Source: a virus. Taken from it: a stretch of DNA of 40,349 bases. Below are positions 17,736 through 23,937 of the stretch, piece by piece (position 1 is the first letter of the stretch; every line of letters begins with the position of its first letter). The notes under the pieces are model-generated. The model was not told where the DNA came from, made no database searches, and saw only the letters and a list, made by a program, of their open reading frames with translations. Both the position numbers and the translations under genes were made by a program. The DNA lies in IMG/VR virus record IMGVR_UViG_3300037882_000094, positions 1 to 40,349 of that record. One strand, 5' to 3'.

Positions 17736-18098
17736 ATGAAGAAGCAATTAACAGAAGAAGAACTACGACAGAAGCGCGAATACTTAAAAGAATTAGTCGC
17801 GATAACTAGCGACTATCTCGAGAAGTACGGCGATATAGAGAGAGTCGTGAAGTTATCGAATGTAGAAGAGCCTTACTCTGCTCGCAATTCCTTGCTAATA
17901 AAGCTTCAAGATCCAGGCGCGACAATATGCGCAGGGTTCTTAGAGTGGAAGAAGCAGGGTAGAAGCGTTAAGCGTGGCGAGACTGGGCGAATAATCTTAG
18001 TTCCGATAATCTTTAAGAATAATAAGGAGGAAGATAAAGTTAGATTTAAGTCGGACTATGTATTCGATATTAGCCAGACAGAAGAACTAAGTATCTAG
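17736..18098 (+). CDS. ArdC-N-like (DUF1738-type) ssDNA-binding / putative anti-restriction protein
   Basis: YSARNSLLIKLQ...GFLEWKKQGRSVKRGETGRIILVP...FKSDYVFDISQTE parallels the ArdC N-domain pattern Y.G.N.LLL...W.TFKQ...G..VRKGEKG..I...VFN..Q. There is no metalloprotease half. Confidence 0.6.
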   Translation: MKKQLTEEELRQKREYLKELVAITSDYLEKYGDIERVVKLSNVEEPYSARNSLLIKLQDPGATICAGFLEWKKQGRSVKRGETGRIILVPIIFKNNKEEDKVRFKSDYVFDISQTEELSI

Positions 18099-18102
18099 TG
18101 CT

Positions 18103-18141
18103 GGAGAGTCGCATTCTAGATCTAAACTAGAATGCTTCTCC
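18103..18141 (+). terminator. Intergenic hairpin after the ArdC-N-like gene
   Basis: GCATTCTAG / CTAGAATGC form a 9-bp stem with a 7-nt loop, extended by GGAGA / TCTCC. Confidence 0.5.
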
Positions 18142-18179
18142 CTAGAACTAGCAGGGTGCTAGTAATAGGAGGAGGAACT

Positions 18180-18338
18180 ATGAAGATTAAGTATAATGAG
18201 TTCGATAACAAGTTAACCATAGGAGAATGGAAGTTAACTAGAAGAGGCACGCTAATAGTGGAAGCATTATTCTTGCTCGCGCTTCTTGCATTAGTAGGTT
18301 TCGCTGGCTATATTGAGACTATGGAGGTAGGACAATGA
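18180..18338 (+). CDS. Early small membrane protein (52 aa)
   Basis: The track ORF starts at 18132, but GGAGGAGG precedes the ATG at 18180 (MKIKYNEF...). It has one TM helix (LIVEALFLLALLALVGFAGYI). Confidence 0.6.
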   Translation: MKIKYNEFDNKLTIGEWKLTRRGTLIVEALFLLALLALVGFAGYIETMEVGQ

Positions 18339-18466
18339 TAATTGAGAAGAATTATGAGGGTGCGTGGGTAATCTCCGACATAATTAGAGGCTATCGCGTA
18401 GCTCATAGATACTACGGATATACGAAGAGAGAAGCTGTAAGACTATTCAAGGAGGCTACTAAATGA
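18335..18466 (+). CDS. Early mini-protein (43 aa)
   Basis: Hand translation checked: MIIEKNYEGAWVISDIIRGYRVAHRYYGYTKREAVRLFKEATK. It has an ATGA overlap with the upstream gene. Confidence 0.5.
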   Translation: MIIEKNYEGAWVISDIIRGYRVAHRYYGYTKREAVRLFKEATK

Positions 18467-18573
18467 TAATTACAATAGGTCATTGCGCAAATTGTAACAA
18501 ATACTATGGCATTAAAGGATCTATTATGGAATACAATAATGAGCCTTATCACAAATGCGAGGAGGGTAAATGA
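18463..18573 (+). CDS. Early mini-protein (36 aa), CxxC...HxC
   Basis: Hand translation checked: MIITIGHCANCNKYYGIKGSIMEYNNEPYHKCEEGK. It has ATGA overlaps on both sides. Confidence 0.45.
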   Translation: MIITIGHCANCNKYYGIKGSIMEYNNEPYHKCEEGK

Positions 18574-18806
18574 GCAAGCGAGCAGAAGCACTACAGAAGA
18601 AGCTAGAGTCTGGAGCTCCTACTGAGGGAGCTCTAATCACCTGGCTAAAGGAAGATATCAAGAAGAGTGGCATTATATGGTCAAGATCGGATAGACCGAG
18701 TGGGTTCTGGGTTATTCCAGAAGACTTAAAAGATGTTGACGATATGGTACACCTAACTTATAGAATGAAAGCTAGTCCAGAATATAGGTGGCAGGAATGG
18801 AGCTAA
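18570..18806 (+). CDS. Early hypothetical protein (78 aa)
   Basis: Track ORF with an ATGA overlap with the upstream ORF. Confidence 0.6.
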   Translation: MSKRAEALQKKLESGAPTEGALITWLKEDIKKSGIIWSRSDRPSGFWVIPEDLKDVDDMVHLTYRMKASPEYRWQEWS

Positions 18807-18861
18807 CCTGGAGGAGCTGGTATGGATATAAAGAAGAAAATACTAACAAGGAGGAAGAGCA

Positions 18862-19476
18862 ATGCCTAACTGGTGCAGTAATAGCTTAGAGATTAGATCA
18901 ACTAGAGAAGATCTTGAAGCTATAAAGAAGCAAGTGAGCAAGTCATATATTCATAAAGGGTTCACACTTAAATTCAATACTGAGCTTAAGGAGTGGAAGA
19001 GGGAGTGGCACGAAGAAGATACTGGAGAACTGGTCTTCTCATTCCAGAATATAATTCCAATGCCAGATGAAAAGAATAAAGATGAAGACTGGTATCGGTG
19101 GAGATTAGATAACTGGGATACTAAGTGGGACTCTAGCGAGACTATCCTTAATGAAAAGGATAACTCTCTAATCTATACATTCGATACGGCGTGGAGTCCA
19201 CCTATGAATGTGTATTTTGAGTTATCTAAAAAATATCCACAAGCTACTCTAATGGTTAGCTATGATGAACCAGGAATGAGCTTCTATGGAATGCACATAA
19301 TTAGGAATGGAGAAGAATTAAGTGTCATTCAAGGAGATATGTCTCACCTATCACATAAGCTAATGGGTGAAGAGTGTATGTGTGAGGGTTTGGACGATAC
19401 GGAAGCTGACGAAGCTCCCTACATAGATTGTCCAATAGTAAGAACAACTAATAAGGAGGCAATAAACAATGGGTGA
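18862..19476 (+). CDS. DUF1281 / Api92-like ferredoxin-fold protein
   Basis: The N-terminus MPNWCSNSLEI..., the NWDTKWD motif and ...FDTAWSPP... match my recollection of the DUF1281 family (MPNWC.N.L, WGTKW). Confidence 0.6.
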   Translation: MPNWCSNSLEIRSTREDLEAIKKQVSKSYIHKGFTLKFNTELKEWKREWHEEDTGELVFSFQNIIPMPDEKNKDEDWYRWRLDNWDTKWDSSETILNEKDNSLIYTFDTAWSPPMNVYFELSKKYPQATLMVSYDEPGMSFYGMHIIRNGEELSVIQGDMSHLSHKLMGEECMCEGLDDTEADEAPYIDCPIVRTTNKEAINNG

Positions 19477-19969
19477 CAGAGTAAATATCGTAGTAACAAC
19501 TGATCACACTTCGGGAGTGGTTCTATATTCTCACTGGGGAGGTTATCGAATGCCTAAGACTATTGCAAAATTCATTAGCAATACTGGCAGATTAGACACA
19601 GATTATTTCACTAGAAATCTTATGTGTTCAATGATAGCTGACGGAGTTATCGCTGATGATAATTCTAGATCTGGTTTCGATCTAATTTCGGCTGATAATA
19701 ATGCTGGAGAGATGATACTAAATGCATTCCAGGATGAATTAAGTTTCGGAATAGGACTTAATCTAGCTGGAGATCGTGAGTATCCTGTCATAGTAATAAA
19801 TCCAGAAGTGCAGAGTATCTGGCTAATGCCTGATCAAGAAGTGGTTACTACTGGAGAATGTGTTTCAAGAGCTCTAAGATATAAAGAGATCCCATTCGAG
19901 GACTTCAAGAAAATATCTTCCTGGAGCGAATTGAAATCACTAACTAGCCTTGAGCTAGTTGCAGTCTAA
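19469..19969 (+). CDS. Hypothetical protein (166 aa, YSHWGG motif)
   Basis: Track ORF that overlaps the upstream gene by 8 nt. Confidence 0.6.
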   Translation: MGDRVNIVVTTDHTSGVVLYSHWGGYRMPKTIAKFISNTGRLDTDYFTRNLMCSMIADGVIADDNSRSGFDLISADNNAGEMILNAFQDELSFGIGLNLAGDREYPVIVINPEVQSIWLMPDQEVVTTGECVSRALRYKEIPFEDFKKISSWSELKSLTSLELVAV

Positions 19970-19979
19970 TTAAATAACC

Positions 19980-20011
19980 TGAGCCCTAGTCCATTCCCTA
20001 GCTAGGGCTCA
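19980..20011 (+). terminator. Hairpin closing the first early gene set
   Basis: TGAGCCCTAG / CTAGGGCTCA form a 10-bp stem with a 12-nt loop. No U-tract follows. Confidence 0.5.
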
Positions 20012-20035
20012 CCTAATACAACTAAAGAGAGTGAA

Positions 20036-20275
20036 ATGTTTGATACAACTGATGCACTATGTAAGGAGATCGGAAGCGATATCTTCTTTCCAGAAAAGCA
20101 CGAAGCTTATCTAACAAAATATGCTAAGTGGGTCTGTAAGAGATGTCCTTTGATCCAGGAATGTAGGGAATATGCAATGAAAGATATAGATATAGTCGGG
20201 ATCTGGGGTGGAACTTCTACTCTAGAAAGAAACAATTTAAGGTGGAGAAAAGGTGTCAGAAAAAGAGCAAGCTGA
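20036..20275 (+). CDS. whiB: WhiB-like Fe-S transcription factor
   Basis: Four Cys in the pattern C9...C34-x2-C37-x5-C43, a GIWGGT turn, and a basic tail (RWRKGVRKRAS). These are canonical Wbl features. Confidence 0.85.
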   Translation: MFDTTDALCKEIGSDIFFPEKHEAYLTKYAKWVCKRCPLIQECREYAMKDIDIVGIWGGTSTLERNNLRWRKGVRKRAS

Positions 20276-20450
20276 ATGGGTAGAAGCATTCGAGATTGAA
20301 ACAACTGGAGAAGAGACAGATATTCCAGATGAGGAGATTACAAGAAGAATTAGAAAACACTTAGTCAATGCTCATATAAATAACTATGAAGCTAGGGCTG
20401 AGGAATGGCAAGAGATCGGTCACACTGAGATTATGGAGGCTTCAAGATGA
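20253..20450 (+). CDS. Acidic hypothetical protein (65 aa, GTG start)
   Basis: Track ORF with a GGAG 6 nt upstream of the GTG. Confidence 0.5.
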   Translation: MSEKEQAEWVEAFEIETTGEETDIPDEEITRRIRKHLVNAHINNYEARAEEWQEIGHTEIMEASR

Positions 20451-20686
20451 AGAAGTGCGAGAATGTAATTAACATAACACCAGATAGATTATTATTACCT
20501 AGCTATAAAGGAATGAAAATCATCTCGCAATACACAGATGAAGATCAAGATTATATTATCTTGCAATGCTGTAAAGAAGCAGATCAAGCGTGTTTCTCTT
20601 GCTGTTCAATAGTCTGTAAAGAATGCAAGTATGAGCACGAAGAATGCGAGGAAGAGGTGAAGAAGAGTGTGGTGTCTAGCCTGTAA
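20447..20686 (+). CDS. Cys-rich hypothetical protein (79 aa)
   Basis: Track ORF with an ATGA overlap. Contains QCCKEADQACFSCCSIVCKECKYEHEEC. Confidence 0.6.
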   Translation: MKKCENVINITPDRLLLPSYKGMKIISQYTDEDQDYIILQCCKEADQACFSCCSIVCKECKYEHEECEEEVKKSVVSSL

Positions 20687-20798
20687 TGGCAAGGGATACA
20701 TAACTAACTTCATAAATAAATCTTCTATATGCCTATTGTGTAGAGCAACTGGGTATCTAGATGAGCAAGATGAAACAACTAATAAGGAGGAGCAGTGA
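20667..20798 (+). CDS. Mini-protein with two DnaJ-type CxxCxGxG zinc knuckles (43 aa, GTG start)
   Basis: Hand translation checked: VWCLACNGKGYITNFINKSSICLLCRATGYLDEQDETTNKEEQ. Confidence 0.5.
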   Translation: MWCLACNGKGYITNFINKSSICLLCRATGYLDEQDETTNKEEQ

Positions 20799-20956
20799 AA
20801 GAATATAAAGTTATAGTAAAAATGGATACAGAAGTAATTAACTTAAAGGCTAAGAATGAACACGAAGCTTTACTATTAGCGCGTGATTCTATTGCCTATG
20901 ATTACAACGAGGATCTAGCTGAGTCTTGTGATTATGAAGTCCAGGAGGTGAAGTGA
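20795..20956 (+). CDS. Early mini-protein (53 aa, GTG start)
   Basis: Hand translation checked: VKEYKVIVKMDTEVINLKAKNEHEALLLARDSIAYDYNEDLAESCDYEVQEVK. AGGAGG lies 4 nt upstream. Confidence 0.5.
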   Translation: MKEYKVIVKMDTEVINLKAKNEHEALLLARDSIAYDYNEDLAESCDYEVQEVK

Positions 20957-20958
20957 TA

Positions 20959-21144
20959 ATGAAGATTAAGATAACTTATTCTATGGTTTATGACATAGAT
21001 AAACTAATGCCAGAGATAAAAGCCTGGGGCTTAGATTATCCGATAACTTCTAACACCATAGAAGACTTCATTAAAGATCGCTTCATTAGTCCAGAGCTAT
21101 TAGATACTAACAAGCAAGCTAAGTTAGATCTGGAGTATCTATGA
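20959..21144 (+). CDS. Early hypothetical protein (61 aa)
   Basis: The track ORF starts at GTG 20953. The ATG at 20959 is better spaced from the GGAGG at 20944-20948. Confidence 0.55.
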   Translation: MKIKITYSMVYDIDKLMPEIKAWGLDYPITSNTIEDFIKDRFISPELLDTNKQAKLDLEYL

Positions 21145-21317
21145 AAACTAACTGGGTTAAATGTATTGAATGCGAAGAAATCTATTCCGATTATGATTAT
21201 GATCTCACAGATGATTGTGATCTATGTGGAGCTAAGAATAGCACCAGGGACTACGACATAGACTCTTCACCTGACTATCTAGCAGAGTTTAAGGCTCTAA
21301 TGGAGGCTAAGTTATAG
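21141..21317 (+). CDS. Zinc-ribbon mini-protein (58 aa)
   Basis: Hand translation checked: MKTNWVKCIECEEIYSDYDYDLTDDCDLCGAKNSTRDYDIDSSPDYLAEFKALMEAKL (CxxC...CxxC). Confidence 0.5.
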   Translation: MKTNWVKCIECEEIYSDYDYDLTDDCDLCGAKNSTRDYDIDSSPDYLAEFKALMEAKL

Positions 21318-21318
21318 A

Positions 21319-21456
21319 ATGGAATTACTAGCCTACATAGCCTTGATATCTATTGTCGGATTAGCTGTTGATAATAGAAGATTAAGAAAAGAAATAAAAA
21401 AGAAGATTGACTTTGATTACGAAGAGTATCTGCTCTATCGTAAGTCTAAAGACTAG
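21319..21456 (+). CDS. Small membrane protein (45 aa)
   Basis: Hand translation checked: MELLAYIALISIVGLAVDNRRLRKEIKKKIDFDYEEYLLYRKSKD. Its 3' end overlaps the convergent gene by 11 nt. Confidence 0.45.
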   Translation: MELLAYIALISIVGLAVDNRRLRKEIKKKIDFDYEEYLLYRKSKD

Positions 21457-21652
21457 CTCCTGGAATACCCCTACTTATTGCGTCTTCATTACAAGGCGCA
21501 GTAAGAGGGGTATCACAATGAAAGCACTTAGCATTATCTAGAAGATATCCTGACACTTCATAAGTCTCTTGATCAAATGTAGCCACGATCCATATAAGAT
21601 CGCACCCACAATTAGGGCAAGTTGCAGTGGGAATACCTCTAGGGTCTATCAC
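21446..21652 (-). CDS. Zinc-ribbon protein (68 aa)
   Basis: Track ORF with CPNCGC...CFHC. It lies directly downstream of the SLT-like gene on the minus strand. Confidence 0.6.
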   Translation of the reverse strand: MIDPRGIPTATCPNCGCDLIWIVATFDQETYEVSGYLLDNAKCFHCDTPLTAPCNEDAISRGIPGASL

Positions 21653-22000
21653 TTAATACCAATTCCTCCTGTTATGGTGGCGTAAAGCTTCACAGCTAGA
21701 GCCGTCATACCTGGAGTCAATGTATCTAATACCTGCTTCTACCTGGTCTTGAAGTGTTGAGTCTTCTTTTGTTTTAAGAACCTGAAATAAACCATAAGCA
21801 CTAGACTTAGGATTGTCTGCTGACATATCCCACTTAGACTCACGATCTACTAGCTCATCAAGACATCTCCACTCTTTATCATTCCAACCTAATCCTCGGA
21901 CATAAAATCTGACATATGAACGAGAGGCTGGTGGCGACCAAGTGCGTACGAAAGGCTGGCTTTCGACAGGCAGGTCAATAGGTGGTATCAGAAATAGCAT
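21653..22000 (-). CDS. Lysozyme-like / SLT-type transglycosylase domain protein (actinobacterial type)
   Basis: The track ORF extends to 22048, but AGGAGG lies 4 nt upstream of the ATG at 22000 (MLFLIPP...). EWRCLDELVDRESKWDMSADNPKSSAYGLFQVL...GIRYIDSRYDGSSCEALRHH..RNWY matches the W.CL..L..RES.W...A.NPSS.AYG..Q...YI.SRYG..C.AW.H...WY pattern. Confidence 0.75.
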   Translation of the reverse strand: MLFLIPPIDLPVESQPFVRTWSPPASRSYVRFYVRGLGWNDKEWRCLDELVDRESKWDMSADNPKSSAYGLFQVLKTKEDSTLQDQVEAGIRYIDSRYDGSSCEALRHHNRRNWY

Positions 22001-22090
22001 TTGCCTCCTAACGTAGACCAGAATAGCACATAAAACGCGACACACCATAACAGTGTGTTGATTTTACAATAACCAAATAGTGTGCTACCC

Positions 22091-22126
22091 TAGCAAGCAA
22101 TTCGCTCTGAGGCGAATTGCTAGCTA
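22091..22126. promoter_or_regulatory. 15-bp imperfect inverted repeat in the divergent control region
   Basis: TAGCAAGCAATTCGC (22091-22105), tctgag, GCGAATTGCTAGCTA (22112-22126), with one mismatch. It is followed by two GCTATAGC palindromes (22123, 22138) and TATCAGC-N5-GCTGATA (22151-22169). Confidence 0.6.
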
Positions 22127-22217
22127 TAGCTAGCTATGCTATAGCAAAGCTATCAGCAACACGCTGATAACTTCTCCCACACTGGTTTGTGTGGTAAGAT
22201 CTTTCTGTCTGGGTCGT

Positions 22218-22270
22218 AGCTGTATCTCTTCCTCCTCCTTGAGGTACAGCTCCCCTCCTAAAGGAGGAAG
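22218..22270 (+). promoter_or_regulatory. Candidate SD-sequestering structure (hairpin plus loop-to-SD pairing) ahead of the middle operon
   Basis: AGCTGTA (22218-22224) pairs with TACAGCT (22245-22251). Within the loop, CTTCCTCCT (22228-22236) is the exact complement of AGGAGGAAG (22262-22270), which is the ribosome site of the ATG at 22275. Confidence 0.45.
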
Positions 22271-22274
22271 TACA

Positions 22275-22481
22275 ATGATTGAAATTGATGATTACAAAAT
22301 CCCTGAGCACGTTAGTTATTCTGCATTCACAACTTGGTTAGAGTGTGGATGGTTATACTTTCTATCAAGGATTGTAGACACACCAGAAGTACCAGCTATC
22401 TGGAACTTAGGTGGATCAGCAGTTCATAAGGCAACAGAACTTTATGACTTGAGAGAATGGGAAGCATCCAAAAATGTATAA
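22275..22481 (+). CDS. RecB/Cas4-family nuclease, N-terminal fragment (68 aa)
   Basis: ATG at 22275 after AAAGGAGGAAG; the track ORF starts upstream at GTG 22191. HVSYSAFTTWLECGWLYFLSRI carries the N-terminal Cys of the Cas4 cluster, followed by GGSAVHKATE (motif I-like). Confidence 0.65.
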   Translation: MIEIDDYKIPEHVSYSAFTTWLECGWLYFLSRIVDTPEVPAIWNLGGSAVHKATELYDLREWEASKNV

Positions 22482-22863
22482 CGAACAAGAGTTCTTTGAT
22501 AAGTTAAAGCTAATCATTCCTGATCTAGTTAAAAGTGATAATAAGTTTTCCACTAATGACTGCACATCAGAACAACTTGGTGCATACATAGAACTTAAAT
22601 GTCGAAAGACTCACTACGATACTTTGCTAATCGAATACAGCAAGTATGCCAGGTTATTAGAAGAAGCAAGCACTAAGAGATTAGTTCCTGCTTACTTCAA
22701 TGCCACACCAGAAGGTGCTTGGGGATTTAATTTATTAACTATGGATGTTGAGTTTGCAGAACAAAATAATCTTCCTGCAACTACAGACTTTGAGAATAAA
22801 GAAAAGGTAACTAAGATAGTTGGTTACTTACCTATTGAAAAAGGATTCAAGTTATGGTCTTAG
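22474..22863 (+). CDS. Inserted ORF (129 aa) with a PD-(D/E)XK-like D-x10-E-x-K motif; candidate free-standing homing-endonuclease-like gene
   Basis: Track ORF in the +1 frame relative to both nuclease fragments, overlapping each of them (ATGTATAA and ATGGTCTTAG). Motif ...STNDCTSEQLGAYIELKCRKTHYDTLLIEYSKY... Confidence 0.45.
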   Translation: MYNEQEFFDKLKLIIPDLVKSDNKFSTNDCTSEQLGAYIELKCRKTHYDTLLIEYSKYARLLEEASTKRLVPAYFNATPEGAWGFNLLTMDVEFAEQNNLPATTDFENKEKVTKIVGYLPIEKGFKLWS

Positions 22864-23507
22864 ACATTCAAGATATATGGCGTGAAGCTTGGGACTATGA
22901 ATCTAAAGATAGAGGCTACGACAAAGTAGCTAAAGAAGATTTCAGGAAATCAGTAAGAACAACAAAAGCAAATCCAGATGGTGAGGACTACGATTGGTGG
23001 TTCAACAATGGTATTGACTTTGTTAACTCTTGGATTAACTGGAAGAAAAATTCTGGTTGGAAGATCTGGGAAACACCTAATGGAGATCCAGCTATTGAAC
23101 TTGGTTTAACACCAAAGTTTGATAACACTCTTGTCAAGATGGTTCTTGATAGAGTGATGGTTAATCCTGAAGGTGAATTAATTATCCTGGATATTAAGAC
23201 TGGAAGGAACACTCCATCATCTGACCTACAGCTTGCGTTTTACGCTGCTGGAATGGAGCAGACATTCGGAATTAGACCTCGTTGGGGAACCTACTGGATG
23301 GCTCGTCAAGGTGGTACTGGTGTTCCATTAGATCTTGATTTAGTACCTACTTCTACTGTAGAATATTTAATCAAGGAATTTAACAGAGCAAGAAAGGCTA
23401 ACTTATACATTCCTAACTTAACCAATTGCAAGATGTGTTCTCGGACAGAATATTGCAAGTGGAGGAATGGATCGTTAGCACACACAATTGGAGAAATGAA
23501 TGGCTAA
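22854..23507 (+). CDS. RecB/Cas4-family nuclease, C-terminal fragment (217 aa)
   Basis: VLDRV (motif II), LIILDIKTG (motif III), QLAFYA, and C-terminal CKMCSRTEYC (C-x2-C-x5-C). It is in the same reading frame as the N-terminal fragment. Confidence 0.8.
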   Translation: MVLDIQDIWREAWDYESKDRGYDKVAKEDFRKSVRTTKANPDGEDYDWWFNNGIDFVNSWINWKKNSGWKIWETPNGDPAIELGLTPKFDNTLVKMVLDRVMVNPEGELIILDIKTGRNTPSSDLQLAFYAAGMEQTFGIRPRWGTYWMARQGGTGVPLDLDLVPTSTVEYLIKEFNRARKANLYIPNLTNCKMCSRTEYCKWRNGSLAHTIGEMNG

Positions 23508-23937
23508 TACAACAGAAGCAACATATTCCTTTACCACAAAAGTTAATGGAGATCTATTAACAGTTAGAGGAAATACTAAAGATGAGTTTGCACTTAACCT
23601 TGCAAGCTTGCACGATGATCAAGTGTTAATTGAAATGATTAATACATTACAACAAAAGTTTAAACCAACTTCTGTTGCAGAGATTCAAGCTGCATTTAAT
23701 GGAACTATAATTCCAGATCCATTATCTAGTAAGCCAACTCCTCCTGCACCAGTAAGACCTGCTGGCTTTAATCCAGCTCCAACTAATGCACCGACTGGTG
23801 TCGTACCAATGTGCGAACACGGACCAATGCGTTTTGTTAAGGGTGGAATATCTAAGACAACAGGTAAAGGATATCCAGCATTCTATTCTTGCTCAATGCC
23901 TAAAGGGCAAACGCAATGTAAGAGTGTGAATGCTTAA
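23500..23937 (+). CDS. Hypothetical DNA-associated protein with a C-terminal zinc ribbon (145 aa)
   Basis: Track ORF. A Pro-rich linker is followed by MCEHGPMRFVKGGISKTTGKGYPAFYSCSMPKGQTQC, which resembles a topoisomerase-type C4/CHCC ribbon. Confidence 0.5.
   Translation: MANTTEATYSFTTKVNGDLLTVRGNTKDEFALNLASLHDDQVLIEMINTLQQKFKPTSVAEIQAAFNGTIIPDPLSSKPTPPAPVRPAGFNPAPTNAPTGVVPMCEHGPMRFVKGGISKTTGKGYPAFYSCSMPKGQTQCKSVNA

Noticed and set aside
18807-18861. A 15-aa ORF (MDIKKKILTRRKSNA) upstream of the DUF1281-like gene
   Set aside because: It is too short to support. Its sequence is mostly the AAGGAGG ribosome-site region of the next gene. It may act as a leader peptide, but there is no evidence for that.
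22191-22274. The GTG start at 22191 given by the ORF track for the nuclease N-fragment
   Set aside because: The extension (MVRSFCLGRSCISSSSLRYSSPPKGGST) reads through the CU-rich/SD structure. A perfect AAAGGAGGAAG site precedes the ATG at 22275.
22474-22863. An intein or a group I intron as the explanation for the interrupted nuclease gene
   Set aside because: Frame 0 contains stops (TAA at 22479, TGA at 22836), so it is not an intein. The 375-nt interval is almost entirely filled by the ORF, which leaves too little sequence for a group I ribozyme core. RT-PCR would settle this.
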